Below are positions 37,205 through 48,539 of a stretch of 64,000 nt of DNA, piece after piece. This DNA is from Thermodesulfobacteriota bacterium. GTDB taxonomy: Bacteria > Desulfobacterota > Desulfarculia > JACQYL01. The stretch's first letter is position 1; each line of letters begins with the position of its first letter. The stretch is from the NCBI GenBank assembly GCA_963675595.2, contig CAXXLZ010000001.1:576001-640000 (forward strand). Reading direction: 5' to 3'. Below the pieces are notes generated by a model. That model saw nothing but the letters and a program-made list of their open reading frames with translations, did no database searches and had not been told where the DNA came from. The position numbers and the translations under genes are program-made.

Positions 37205-38230
37205 TCAATCTCGGCTGTTTCGTGCGACTATCCCGCAAAACGTACTCCCCGGCATGAACCTATGGACTTCAATGGTGCTGAAGCCGCATTGCTTTAAAAG
37301 GGATGTCACCTCATCCAGTTCCGGAAGGGGCGTGATCCCTTTGAGAGAACTGCCGACCAGATTCAGGTTTGCCGTTGCTATGTCCTTTCCTCGGCTGTGA
37401 AAACCCATTGCCACGGCCAGCACGCCTTGAGGGGAGAGCATTCCACGGAGTGTTTGCAGCAGACCGGGACGTTCGGTCTTCTGGAAGTAATAGAGGAGAT
37501 TGTAGAGTGTAATGATATCGAAAGAATCGGTAAGCTCCTTGGAAACGGTGCGGACGTCTCCGCAGAGAATCTTGAATCGATCGGAAAGACCCCAGGCCGA
37601 CATGTTGTGCCGAGCTTGCTCGACCACCGCTTGGTCAATGTCCAAGCCGATACCGGATGCAAAGGGATTTGCATCAAAGGCGCTCTTGAGCAGCACGCCC
37701 GATCCGCATCCGACGTCCAATATCCGTAAGGGGTTCTTGCCTATCACGATTTTGGAGATGAAGGCATTGAGGATCGGCTCGGAAATCTTGGAATACCGGG
37801 CGACCAGATCTCCGATTTTTGGCAAATCGTCGCCGAGCTCACATCCACGAATTCGCTCGGCGACATTACGATAGGCATCGTTGTAGTAGGTGACGTTCGC
37901 CTGGATCATTGCCGCCAACATGTCTCCATTGGGTCCCATGAGCGCTTTTGATCGTTTCCCGCGAACGCGGAACCTGCTGTTGCCGAGCACCAATTCTTCT
38001 GAAGCAAGGCCGACTTCCAAGAGAGCATCAAGCAGTTCCGTACGCTGAACATCCAGCTCCTTGATCAACTCGTCCCTGGTGCGCGGAGCGGAAAGCGTCT
38101 GCAGCAGTCCGGATTCATAAGCGGCGTAGATGAAATGCATCCTGATGAACCCCTGCCAGTCCTTCATGATCGCATACAAACCAGGGGTTTTCATAATCCT
38201 GAGAAATGAAAACAGGTATCTTAAATTCAT
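37205..38230 (-). CDS. Class I SAM-dependent methyltransferase
   Basis: ILDVGCGSG, GLDID, FDIITL. N-terminal winged-helix-like region. Confidence 0.9.
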   Translation of the reverse strand: MNLRYLFSFLRIMKTPGLYAIMKDWQGFIRMHFIYAAYESGLLQTLSAPRTRDELIKELDVQRTELLDALLEVGLASEELVLGNSRFRVRGKRSKALMGPNGDMLAAMIQANVTYYNDAYRNVAERIRGCELGDDLPKIGDLVARYSKISEPILNAFISKIVIGKNPLRILDVGCGSGVLLKSAFDANPFASGIGLDIDQAVVEQARHNMSAWGLSDRFKILCGDVRTVSKELTDSFDIITLYNLLYYFQKTERPGLLQTLRGMLSPQGVLAVAMGFHSRGKDIATANLNLVGSSLKGITPLPELDEVTSLLKQCGFSTIEVHRFMPGSTFCGIVARNSRD

Positions 38231-39157
38231 GTTCCAATCTCTGAGCGGCTGATCTCTTGACCAACACGGTTTGCATGCTTTCCGCTTTGTCTTGTGCCCC
38301 GGCAGCAATTGGGAACAAAACGGGCCACTGTCAACTCCCCACACCGGTCTGTATTCCTTTCATACCCGCTGCGGCGATGACGCGATTTACCTTCAAACGA
38401 CGCGTCATTGCTTCCGGAGATGGACGGGCGCGGACATGGACCAACACCGTCGAAACCCAGCAGGGAAATGATCCTGCCGATCGGCCCGCGGCGATGATCC
38501 GACGCATAGTCCCAAAATTTTGTGCAGAGGTGATCTTGGGTCGAATTCAGACAATTCTTCATACTACACCGCCTCTATCGTTCTGCACAATAAGCGGATC
38601 CATGGTTTTTTCCCATGGAAATCGTGGGTTTCTCTCTTGGATTTCAATGCCGGGGATTCACTTCAATGAAGGTAGGTCAGGGCGGATTCTATTGCAGCCG
38701 TTCACGAAGAAGGCGAGATCGATTTCGGCGTGTCTTTTCCCGATTCCCCGGCTGTACGACGGCCGGAGTGGGCATGGAAGAGGGTCGGGTTGACGATCCC
38801 GTCCGGGCCGAAGTCGTCATGGACGATTCGAGTTTTGGGAATGCGGTCTACTGGCCGGCCGTTTGGGCGCAGGCATTCACGGGGGAGGACTGTCCGGAAA
38901 GCCCTTCCCCGCACCCCATCACCAATCGCGTTGGTCGGGCCCTGTCACCTCCGGCGGAGAGGATGCGGAAGAAATCAGGTTTCCCCGGCAATTCCCATGT
39001 TCCTTACGCCTGCCGAGCCGGCTGAGATGCTCTCAAGATCGGCTTCGTCCCGAACCGCCTCAAGAGGGTCCGGGGGAACGGCGTTCACCCTGGGGAATCC
39101 ATAAGAAAAACGTCCCCCCGTGAATGATTTCGTTTTTTCCCGTCCCCCTCGTTAGCC

Positions 39158-40012
39158 TTAAAGGTTGAGCGGCTGATCGTGGGGCACGTTTTCCCAGAGG
39201 TCCGTTTCTTCAAAGTGATCCAGGTCCATGGCCTTGGCTTCCTCCTTACGTGAGAACATCACCTGAGCGAGGCCGTCCAGAAGGGCGGCCAAATCCGTTT
39301 TGCGGGGAAGTTCCTCGGCGATGCGGTGACCCAGCAACGGCATGATCTCGATGGTCACAGGAAGCACGTGTTCCGTCAGGTCCTTGAAACCCGTCATCAG
39401 CTCCTGGTCGTGCCGTTGTTCGTCCCAATGGGAAAGCCGGGTTCCCGGGCCGTAGTCGGTTTCCACGCGCATATCCTTCAAGGCGCCGAGGGCGTTTACG
39501 GCGTCTTGGGTGAACACGCCGTCGGCATCGAACAAGGTCATCCACTTGTCCCACCCGATGCCCAGAGTGTGTCCGATCTCGTGAACGACGGTGCCCGCCG
39601 TCTCGCTTCCGGAGAACATGGAGAGGTATTTGGTGTTGAACTCGATCCTGCCGTACACCACACCGTCCTTGTCGTAGGGTTGGTATGCCCTGGCAATGGT
39701 CGTGCTTTCGGAAGTGAAGACACTCAGCCTGATGACGATGGAGTAATCGGGGATGACGAACCGGTTCCAGAAGTTGCAGGCGGTCCTGGCCGCGCTCTTG
39801 AGCTTGCCGTCCACATCCGAGACGATCTTGTAGGTGATCAATGTGGAAGAAACCTCGGTGGTGAGAATACCGAGGGCCTGATTGAGATGGGGCAGTGCCT
39901 GATAAATCGCCTGGACACGGGCCATTTCATCGGGCCGGAGCGCTCGGCCCTGAATCTGGATTCGCGCGGCCTCCTGGATGAGCTCTTCGATGATTTGTTT
40001 CAATGCTTCCAT
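39158..40012 (-). CDS. Zincin metalloprotease (leishmanolysin/M8-like)
   Basis: VHEIGHTLG...GPGT..SHWDE...ELMTG. Confidence 0.8.
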   Translation of the reverse strand: MEALKQIIEELIQEAARIQIQGRALRPDEMARVQAIYQALPHLNQALGILTTEVSSTLITYKIVSDVDGKLKSAARTACNFWNRFVIPDYSIVIRLSVFTSESTTIARAYQPYDKDGVVYGRIEFNTKYLSMFSGSETAGTVVHEIGHTLGIGWDKWMTLFDADGVFTQDAVNALGALKDMRVETDYGPGTRLSHWDEQRHDQELMTGFKDLTEHVLPVTIEIMPLLGHRIAEELPRKTDLAALLDGLAQVMFSRKEEAKAMDLDHFEETDLWENVPHDQPLNL

Positions 40013-40207
40013 GGGATGCTCCTCTTCTGTTAAGCTGGAGTATTCACTCACGTGAGGCCGCCTTTCGAGAAGGTTTCCTCCCGTCCCGTCAAAGCTTTTC
40101 ACGCATGCCTCACCGCCTCCTGCGGAGAGGCCCGAAGGAATCTCTCCGGTTCGGCTTCGTCGGTCCGTCGTGGTCGAACTCGTTCAACGGACCGGTGGAA
40201 CTCGCAT

Positions 40208-40320
40208 GCAGATCATTCACGGGAGCAACTCGTCTATTGCAGGGGCAGGCCACGGTGCCCGCCCGGAAGACGGCCGAAGGCCCACCATCTCCGATGTACC
40301 ACCGTGCCTGCGGACCCATG
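40208..40320 (+). repeat. Repeat family C, copy 2
   Basis: Matches 35477-35580. Confidence 0.7.
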
Positions 40321-40730
40321 TCCGGTCCCCCTCATAATAGCCCGGTAACCTGTTCAGAGGAATCTCTCGATCCGGGCTGCGCCGCGCAGTCGAGTATCGC
40401 TGTTGCAGCGAATCGCTTGGGCGGCGGCTGGAAGCATTCCACGGGATGACTCGTGGGAAGTACCGGGAGGAGCCGTAGGAGAGTTGGGAAATTCAGAGCG
40501 TCCGGAGGACGATTGGAGAACAGCGCGTGTATGACACTATCGGAGGATACTTCAACTCTGCACTAAGAATTATATGAAATTCGGTCGCCTGCTGCAATCG
40601 TGGGGTTCATTAGCCGGGGGAACCTCAAAAAAGTCCCCCACTTCGTCCGTCAAGGCATTCCAGGAATGCCTCACCGCCTTCGGCGGAGCGTTGCCCGCCG
40701 AAATAGATTGGGGGACCGGGAAAACCTATT

Positions 40731-43283
40731 TCAAGAGGTTTTCCCCAATATCCCGTGCGCGGCTCTGTTTTCGTCCAGCGTTTGCCGCACGGCTTCCATG
40801 ATCTCACGGGCGGTGAGGGGCTTCATAAGGACGCGCTTGATGCCCGCCTCCCGGACTATTTCCGGTGAAATGCGTGAGCTGTACCCCGTGCAGATGATGA
40901 CCGGCAGGTCCGGCCGAATTCGGTGGATTTCTTTGGTGAGGTCAAGGCCGGTCATTCTCGGCATGGTCTGGTCGGTAACGACGAGGTCAAAGGCGTCCGG
41001 ATCCGCCTTGAACGCTTCCAATGCTTCCACGCTCGAGGTCCGGGCGGTCACCCGGTAGCCGAACAGGGTGAGGGTCTGTTCCCCGAGGTGCACGAGATTT
41101 CTTTCGTCGTCCACCAAAAGGATGTGCTCGGTGCCCCGGGGAGCGGAGCCCATGTCGACCCCATCGTCTTTTTCCGGCTTGGTGCCCATCACGGGCAAGT
41201 ACACACGAAACTCGGAGCCCTCGCCCGGCACGCTGGTCACCGTAATGGCGCCCCCATGGGCTTTGACGATACCGTGAGCCACGGCGAGTCCCATGCCCGT
41301 GCCCCGGCCGGTCTCCTTGGTGGTGAAGAACGGATCGAATATGCGATCCATGGTTTCCCGGCCCATTCCTTGGCCGGTGTCCGAGACGGTCAATTCGAAG
41401 TAGGCCCCGAGATTCAGTTCCGCATGCCCCGCGATCGACTGCCCATCCAGGTCCACTCTCCTGAGGCCGATCTTCAGCGTTCCGCCGCGGTCTTCCATGG
41501 CGTGAGCCGCATTGGTGCACAGGTTCATCAGCAACTGGTGAAGCTGGGTGGCATCGGCCAATACGTTGTCAGATCCCTCTTCGAGGTCTTGGATGATCTC
41601 AATGGTCGCGGGGAGCGTAGCTTTCAGCAGCTTGAGCGTTTCCGCGACGACCTGGGCCGGGTTGATGCTCTTCTTCTCCGGTTCGCTGTGTCTGCTGAAG
41701 TTCAATATCTGTTGGACCAGGTCCTTGGCCCTGAGTCCTGATTTCACGATCTGTTCCAGACATTCCTTGTTGGTCGGCCCGCGGGCGACATCCATCAGGG
41801 CGAGTTCGGCATATCCCATGATAGCTGCTAAGATGTTATTGAAATCATGGGCAATTCCTCCTGCCAACGTGCCTATCGCTTCCATCTTCTGCGCCTGACG
41901 AAGTTGGGCCTCCAACCGGGTTTTCTCCTCCTCGGCCCGCCTGCGTTCGGTAATGTCTTCAGAGATGCCGAGCAGGGACGTGACCTCGCCCGAGTCGTTC
42001 CTCACCGGAATCTTGATGGTGCGAGCCAGGTAATATACTCCGTCGACAACGAACGATTCCTCGAACTCCATCTCGCGTCCCGACTCCATGACCGTCGAGT
42101 CGTCCCTTCGGTATTTCTCGGCGAAGTCTTTGGGGAAGAATGCGAAGTCGTTCATGCCCAAAAAGGCTTCGGGTTTCAGATGTAGACTGGACGCGTAGGA
42201 CTCGTTGACGAAAAGGTAGACGGAATTACGGTCCTTCAAGAACAGTCTCTGAGAAATGTTCTCAACAATGGCGCTGTTGAGGGCTTCGCTTTTCCGCAGC
42301 GATTCTTCCGCTTTTTTCCGCTCCTCCGCTTCCTTGACAATACCCCACGCCTTCATCCCGTAGTAGGAAAAGAACAAGCTGGTCAAAAAGATCAGGACAA
42401 TAACGGCAAGAATCTTGTTCTTGAAACCCACTAGATTGGACAGTATTTCGTCTTCGCTCGAAGCGACAACGATGGTCCAAAAGCTGTCGGCTATTTTGAT
42501 GGGCAGATAGACGGCGCGTTTCTTGGTTCCTTCCGTCCTCAGGCCTCGGATTCGATCGAACAGGTAGGTGGCGGTCCCGGCTTTTCCCTTTACCATCTTG
42601 TTGGCCATGGCAATGACATCGGGAAAATCCCTGCACGTTTCGAAAATGGAAGCGCCCGTATGCTCCGGAACAGGACAGTAAAGCTCTGTCCCGTTTCTGC
42701 TGATCATCCAAGCATAACCCGTTTCCCCCACTTTAATTTCATGCAGAAAACGCTCCGAAAGAGTCGGAAAATCGATCAGCACGGCGAGCGTCCCTCTGAA
42801 TTCCTTCCTTTCGAATACCGGAACGTGTAAAGCCACGGCCCGATAGCCCTGAACCGCATCGAAGACGTCGCTCACCACGGGGAGACGGGACTCCAGAATC
42901 TTGTGGACATGTTCTTGCCGTGAGATGTCCTTACCCACGGCCGCCGGATCGTTTGGAGTGGTGTAGACAATCCTTCCGCGGGCATCCACACGAGTGATGG
43001 CCCTGATCGCTTCCGGAGAGACGCTTAAGGCGAAGTCCAGTTCCTTCCTGCCGGAAGGGTCCAAGTTTATGACATGATCCGATTTGGAAAGAGTGGTTAA
43101 AAAGTCGGTGACATTGATGAAATAGGATTCAATCTCCGTCTTTGCCTGTCTGGCGTGAATCATCTGCCGAGCGGTCAGATCGTAAAGGGCTTGGTTCTTC
43201 GCATCCAAATAGATCAGATGGAATAAGAACAGGGAACTGCACAGAATCAACAAAACAACGGAAATCAACGCCTTGTGTTTCAT
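40731..43283 (-). CDS. Membrane hybrid histidine kinase (dCache, PAS, HisKA, HATPase, REC)
   Basis: Two TM segments, IAHDFNN, NLCTNA, FDPFFTTK, GTGMGL, LVDDE, TDQTMP. Confidence 0.93.
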   Translation of the reverse strand: MKHKALISVVLLILCSSLFLFHLIYLDAKNQALYDLTARQMIHARQAKTEIESYFINVTDFLTTLSKSDHVINLDPSGRKELDFALSVSPEAIRAITRVDARGRIVYTTPNDPAAVGKDISRQEHVHKILESRLPVVSDVFDAVQGYRAVALHVPVFERKEFRGTLAVLIDFPTLSERFLHEIKVGETGYAWMISRNGTELYCPVPEHTGASIFETCRDFPDVIAMANKMVKGKAGTATYLFDRIRGLRTEGTKKRAVYLPIKIADSFWTIVVASSEDEILSNLVGFKNKILAVIVLIFLTSLFFSYYGMKAWGIVKEAEERKKAEESLRKSEALNSAIVENISQRLFLKDRNSVYLFVNESYASSLHLKPEAFLGMNDFAFFPKDFAEKYRRDDSTVMESGREMEFEESFVVDGVYYLARTIKIPVRNDSGEVTSLLGISEDITERRRAEEEKTRLEAQLRQAQKMEAIGTLAGGIAHDFNNILAAIMGYAELALMDVARGPTNKECLEQIVKSGLRAKDLVQQILNFSRHSEPEKKSINPAQVVAETLKLLKATLPATIEIIQDLEEGSDNVLADATQLHQLLMNLCTNAAHAMEDRGGTLKIGLRRVDLDGQSIAGHAELNLGAYFELTVSDTGQGMGRETMDRIFDPFFTTKETGRGTGMGLAVAHGIVKAHGGAITVTSVPGEGSEFRVYLPVMGTKPEKDDGVDMGSAPRGTEHILLVDDERNLVHLGEQTLTLFGYRVTARTSSVEALEAFKADPDAFDLVVTDQTMPRMTGLDLTKEIHRIRPDLPVIICTGYSSRISPEIVREAGIKRVLMKPLTAREIMEAVRQTLDENRAAHGILGKTS

Positions 43284-43785
43284 TGTTGCATCCAGGGATA
43301 TTGCGGTATCTGCTGAAATGCCGGAGACGGATATGGTCGCCCGGCTGAAAGGATTCAGGTGAAATGTTAAGGGTTATCGAGTAACAGGGGAGACTTTTTC
43401 GACAGAGTCTCCCCCTGTTCTCTCCAAAGTCTTTCAAGGATGCCTCACCGCCTCCGGCGAAGAGGAGGTCAAGAAATGGACTTGGACGTCCCGTGAGACT
43501 CTCCGGCAACCTAACGGGAGGGTATATGTTCACGGGGCATTCGGGAAAACCTCTCCAAACTTGTTGACCGGGCTGTCTTCTGCGCGTCGCGACCGCGGTC
43601 CGGGATTCCTTCCGCATAGGTTTCCGGGTCCGCAGTCTTCGAATTTTTCGACGAAAGCGTGCCGGCTTGCATACCCGAAGCGGCGGGGCCGGGAAAGCGA
43701 CCTTTCCCCGGAGACGGCATGAACAAAGACGGAAGTTCCCTCCCCCGTGAAGGCTTCCACGGAGGGTTCCCGTTGCACGGCCGTC

Positions 43786-44625
43786 TTAATGAGCCGCCTG
43801 CGGCTCACTCGCTTGGGCCGTGTCCCCTTCGGGTACGTCCGGCGTTTCATGGCCCGTCTCAGCCATGGGGTTTATCGCCCTTTCGGGGTTCGACTCCACC
43901 GCTTGCAATATCTGTGTGACCTTGGATTCGGGGAGCCATTCCACTGCGCCCGTGCCAACGTCGTAAACGGCGCCCACTACTTTGACCTTGCCGCTCTTGA
44001 CGAGTTCGCGGGAGGCCGGGCTCTTCATGAAGAGGTCTTCCACGCCTTGCCACACGTTTTCAACGATGGCGGCCGGGATGATGTCGTCCCCGTGCACTTC
44101 CGGGTGGGCGGCCATGGCTCGTTGGACCGCGGGGATAATGTTGTCGACCAGTGCCGGGATATTACGCTCGAGAGCATGACCCTTGCCTTGGATTGCATGT
44201 GTGACCGCGGTCACCGCGCCGCACTGTGTGTGACCCAGAACTACCAGCACCGGTGTATGCACGTGGGCCAAGCCGTATTCGATGGAGCCCACTTCATCCG
44301 TGTCCGCCACGTTGCCGGCGACGCGAATGACAAAGATGTCCATAATGCCCGCGTCGAAGATTCTTTCCACAGGTACCCGCGAATCCGAGCACGCAATGAC
44401 CGTTGCGTAGGCATAATCAGCTTGGTTTTGGGTGCCCGCCAGACGTAACCGGTCGGACGATGTATGGGGATGCGTGCACTTGCCTTCGACAAAGCGGGCG
44501 TTTCCTTCCTTCAGCATGGTGACGACCGCATCGGGAGACGGCTTCGAGGCCGCCGTGATTCCTTGCGAAGCAAGAAAGAGGGACAAAAAACCTAAAATAC
44601 TTACGGTGATTCTCGATGATTTCAC
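43786..44625 (-). CDS. Exported beta-class carbonic anhydrase
   Basis: ACSDSRV, RVAGN, LGHTQCGA. Signal peptide from GTG 44625 behind AAGGA. Confidence 0.92.
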   Translation of the reverse strand: MKSSRITVSILGFLSLFLASQGITAASKPSPDAVVTMLKEGNARFVEGKCTHPHTSSDRLRLAGTQNQADYAYATVIACSDSRVPVERIFDAGIMDIFVIRVAGNVADTDEVGSIEYGLAHVHTPVLVVLGHTQCGAVTAVTHAIQGKGHALERNIPALVDNIIPAVQRAMAAHPEVHGDDIIPAAIVENVWQGVEDLFMKSPASRELVKSGKVKVVGAVYDVGTGAVEWLPESKVTQILQAVESNPERAINPMAETGHETPDVPEGDTAQASEPQAAH

Positions 44626-45257
44626 GGCAATTCCTTTCTTTAGGCGGCTGATCTTAATTATCGAACAGTGTGTGCCCTGTCCATGTTCAAACAGGATTGT
44701 CATGGAAAGGAAGCACCCTCATTCCAAGTGAACAGGCCAAGCTTCATCTCCGGGCGTGATGACGGATGTGCGGGGCACCCACTCCGAAAGGGCGCTCCGA
44801 CACGCCGTGGGCCGGTAACCGCCGCGCGCCTTCTCATTTCCTCGATCATGTCGTGGTTTCAGGAACGATGTCAAAATAATCCCTTGTTCCGTGGAGAAGT
44901 CGGGAGGAAAAGGACTTTGAGTCTCTCTGAACGGGAACATTGCTTTCAGAGGGAGGCGATCTTCTCCTGAGCCCCGCCCGAAGTTCTTTCGTGTTCCGGC
45001 GCTTCTTATTCCAGATCAGTGGAATGATTATAGTCCGGTTTCCGGCCATAAGTCCACTTCGCATATGAGCCATCGCGTTCCTTTGCCGCGCGGGACCGGC
45101 AAAGCCCGACCGAGCGCTCTCCTGATCTTTGATCTTGATGGGGTAAGGACTTCGTTGAAGGTTTTTCACCGTCAACGGCACACCACGGGGATCACCTCCG
45201 CGGATTTCATTTTGGATTCCGCATCATTGTTTCGAGCCGGGAGAGCGTGAATTCCGA

Positions 45258-45536
45258 TCAAATATTCTTAAGCAAATCCTCCAACACCAGCACCGGCTGG
45301 ATATCGATGGCGGCGTCCAACTTCGTGAAGAGAGGCTCATTGATCGTTGCCATCCGCGTCTGGTCCGTCTCCTCGAAGACCACCATTCCGCTGCGCTTGC
45401 CGTCCTGCAAATAGAAATAGGCGGATTCGGGCCGCACTTGGTCGATGAGTTCTTTGATCGCCTTTGCCAAGGAGCCGTCGGCGCCGGCTTGGTTGCCTTT
45501 TTCAACGGGGATGGTGAATCTCAACATCAAACGCAT
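45258..45536 (-). CDS. Small conserved hypothetical protein (DUF3303/GYD-like)
   Basis: MRLMLRF...PESAYF...GKR...INEPLF. SD AGGAGG. Confidence 0.7.
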   Translation of the reverse strand: MRLMLRFTIPVEKGNQAGADGSLAKAIKELIDQVRPESAYFYLQDGKRSGMVVFEETDQTRMATINEPLFTKLDAAIDIQPVLVLEDLLKNI

Positions 45537-45669
45537 GGAATCCTCCTGAATTCGTTGGATCATGGCGGATCGAGAAGGTGTGAACGGAAAATATTTGAGA
45601 GAAACCTTAGGGGCAAGGCCTCCCTCGACCTCTCTTCCACCGTCACGCGGCCGTTGGATCACTCTCTCA

Positions 45670-46134
45670 TTACTTACGTTTCAGGGAGAAACGGATCACC
45701 AAGGCATTGGGACCGCTTTCCGTGTAAACCGCCTTCATGGTGTCGGGTCCCTCCAGGTAGGCGTGGATATAGCCCGTATCCCCATGTTCTGCGATGTAGA
45801 GGGTCTTTCCGTCCCACCCGATCACTCCGACGAAAGGTTCTTCGGCGCTGGCGATGCGTTTTCCCTCGAATTCCGTGAGGGCTTCTTTCGCGTCGGTATG
45901 CTCCCACGCGTTGACTCCCCGGAAATAGGCGCCGTCCTGCTCGGTAATCCGGAGCTCGATTCCTCCCACTCGATGGCCCTCATGGAAGAAAGCCTTCAGG
46001 TAGGCTTTGCCCTCAACGCCGGACCACGTGCCGACCAGGTTCGGCAGAGAGTCGGTCCCTTCATCCGCAAAGGCATTGGAAAAACCCAGGGTACAGCACA
46101 AAACGATCAGAAAACCTGCGAAACAACCTTTCAT
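45670..46134 (-). CDS. Secreted hypothetical protein
   Basis: Signal peptide ending AFA, PNLVGTWSG, SD GGAGG. Confidence 0.7.
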   Translation of the reverse strand: MKGCFAGFLIVLCCTLGFSNAFADEGTDSLPNLVGTWSGVEGKAYLKAFFHEGHRVGGIELRITEQDGAYFRGVNAWEHTDAKEALTEFEGKRIASAEEPFVGVIGWDGKTLYIAEHGDTGYIHAYLEGPDTMKAVYTESGPNALVIRFSLKRK

Positions 46135-46690
46135 GTTGTCCTCCTTTATTGGGTTCACTGCGGAACTGCAGAGTCGTCATCAGAAGTCCGGGGCGCTTCC
46201 CGGACCTGGCCGGTGAGCGATTCTTCCGGTTCGTCGAGGCTCCCAAGTTTCCCAGATGAGTTGCCGAATGAAGAAGACAGGCGGGCCGCCCGGTGTCCGG
46301 GCTGATCCGATGGAAACCAAGTGAAAATAAAACGTAACATATAGAATGCAAAAATTATATCGGGAATTGTGTTTATATACAACGTTTCCCTGCTTGAAGA
46401 AGTCGGCCCGCTTCCGCTCCTTCCCGGCAATGACTAGCCCAAGTCTTCATAAGAGTTCCCACGGTTTGCCCTTTCGCCGCCATTTCCCAGTTCGTAGTCG
46501 TGCACAGAGCTGCCGGTGAGCACATGTTCTTCCCTCCCACGAATGGTTACTCCTCCTCAGTCGTCGCTTCGACGCAGAGAGTCCGCAACGGTGTTCGCCT
46601 GCTGAAAAAAATGGGAACTTTTCTCGACGCCGATTGTATGTTGGGTATGGAAGCGGTTGCGGAACGCCTCGGAAGGAGATTGTGGGATCG

Positions 46691-47230
46691 ATGACGGATG
46701 ATCTGGGGGAAAAGGAGCTGATTGCGCGCGTTCGGGAGGGACGAATCGATGAGTTCGGGCGTTTGGTTTCCCTTTACGAAGGCGCTTTGTTCCGCATCGT
46801 GGGCAACATCGTGCCCTCGGCCCTGGTGGAGGACGTGGTGCAGGAAGCCTTTCTCTCGGCCTTCCGGAATCTTCGGCGCTTCGATCCGGCGCTGGGCGCC
46901 TTCCGGACCTGGCTCTTTCGCATCGCCCGCAACCATGCTCTGAACGCCTGCAAGAAGAAACGGGAACTGCCCATGGAGGAGCCGCCGGTGGTCGTGGACC
47001 CTCATACCCCCATGGACGACCTGCTGCGCCGGGAAGCTTTTCAGCAACTGGACCGGGCGCTTGCGGAACTGAGCTTTCATGAACGGGTGATTTTCGTTCT
47101 GGCGGAGCTGGAAGGTCTGCCCTATGCGGAAATCGCGCAAATTGAGGGGCTCAGATTGGGGACGGTCAAATCCAGGCTCGCGCGGGCCCGCGCCCGACTG
47201 CGGGCCTCATTGCGAACCTACAGGAGTTGA
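46691..47230 (+). CDS. ECF sigma-70 factor
   Basis: EDVVQEAF, FRTWLFRIARN, YAEIA...GTVKSRLARAR. Confidence 0.93.
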   Translation: MTDDLGEKELIARVREGRIDEFGRLVSLYEGALFRIVGNIVPSALVEDVVQEAFLSAFRNLRRFDPALGAFRTWLFRIARNHALNACKKKRELPMEEPPVVVDPHTPMDDLLRREAFQQLDRALAELSFHERVIFVLAELEGLPYAEIAQIEGLRLGTVKSRLARARARLRASLRTYRS

Positions 47231-47233
47231 ACC

Positions 47234-47467
47234 ATGGATGACGAACTTCTGTATCGGGAATGGAAGGAACGGCGTCAAAACGTACCGGTTCCGCAAGATT
47301 TCAGCCGCCGCGTGACGACTCGTCTGTTTTCCGAAACCGAACGCCGACGAATGCGCTCATCGCTCGGCGCAAGGAGTGTTGCGGTGCGCTGGGCCGTGTC
47401 CGCGGGTCTGGCTTTGGTGGGGCTTTTGCGGCTGTCGCTGGTCACTTATAACCTGCTGGTGCCGTGA
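47234..47467 (+). CDS. Small membrane protein, putative anti-sigma factor
   Basis: Directly follows the ECF gene. VPQDFSRRV motif and a C-terminal hydrophobic helix. Confidence 0.65.
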   Translation: MDDELLYREWKERRQNVPVPQDFSRRVTTRLFSETERRRMRSSLGARSVAVRWAVSAGLALVGLLRLSLVTYNLLVP

Positions 47468-47621
47468 TTGTTTTGAATGACAGGGCCACCGGGGAAACAC
47501 GGTTCCCTCGGACCCCCCCTATGCGGGCTCCGTCCCGCCGGCGCGTGGCGAAGCCGAATCGGGGAGCTTGTCCGCTCTCCCTCGGCCTCGAAACAATATG
47601 ATTAATCATGAGGAGTCACTG

Positions 47622-48539
47622 ATGGATCCCACTCACAGCGGGACATGCAGCCGCAAACCCTGGCAGGCCGTGTTGCTTTCCGTGGCCGCCACCGGCCTGG
47701 GGCACATCTATTGTGGACGTTTGAGCAAAGGGCTGATCCTTTTTTTTGTGAGCTTCGCCTTTGCTCCCATCATCGTGGCGGCGGCAAACAGTGCGGCTTC
47801 CACCTTCATGCTGGCTTTGGTGATCACTTCCATCGCGGCCATGTTCTTTGTCTTCGTGTACGCGGCCGTGGACGCGGGTCTTTTGGCTCGGCGCATCAAC
47901 GGCCGGTACGAGCTCAAGGAGTATAACCGCTGGTTCATCTACCTTCTGTTCGTCGTGGTGGCGTTGGGATACCCCAGCAACCTGTCCTTCAGTATACGGG
48001 ACCACGTGCTGCAGGCCTTCAAAATCCCTTCCACAAGCATGGCTCCGAGCATTCTGCCCGGGGACCGCATCTTCCTCAACAAGGCGGTGTACGGCCTGGA
48101 ACCGATTAGACACGGCGACGCGGTGGTGTTCGTGTACCCCAACGATCGACGTCTCGACTATATCAAGCGCATCGTTGCGTTGCCCGGCGACACCATCGAG
48201 ATTCGCGACAATGTGGTGCTGATGAACGGGCGGGAGTGGGAATACCGAGAGCCCGGCATGCAACCGAACCTCAACTTTGAACTCGAACCGGCTTCCCGCG
48301 TGCTCATGGAGGATAACGGAGAGCGAGCCTATCCGGTGATCGTGGATGAGGAGCATCCGGTGAACATGCGGCGGTTGGTCGTACCCAATGGATACTGCTT
48401 CGTGCTGGGGGACCATCGAAACCGAAGCAAGGACAGCCGCGTGTTCGGTCCCGTTCCTCTGGCGGACGTGAAAGGGCGGGTGGACTACATTTACTGGCCC
48501 GCATTGTCCTGGGACCGATTGGGACGGTACGGCGGTTAA
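47622..48539 (+). CDS. lepB: Signal peptidase I with N-terminal multi-TM extension
   Basis: IPSTSMAP, YIKRIVALPGD, LGDHRNRSKDSR. Confidence 0.9.
   Translation: MDPTHSGTCSRKPWQAVLLSVAATGLGHIYCGRLSKGLILFFVSFAFAPIIVAAANSAASTFMLALVITSIAAMFFVFVYAAVDAGLLARRINGRYELKEYNRWFIYLLFVVVALGYPSNLSFSIRDHVLQAFKIPSTSMAPSILPGDRIFLNKAVYGLEPIRHGDAVVFVYPNDRRLDYIKRIVALPGDTIEIRDNVVLMNGREWEYREPGMQPNLNFELEPASRVLMEDNGERAYPVIVDEEHPVNMRRLVVPNGYCFVLGDHRNRSKDSRVFGPVPLADVKGRVDYIYWPALSWDRLGRYGG

Noticed and set aside
38227-39125. Short ORFs between the SAM methyltransferase and the protease
   Set aside because: No recognisable motifs or consistent coding signal in any frame.
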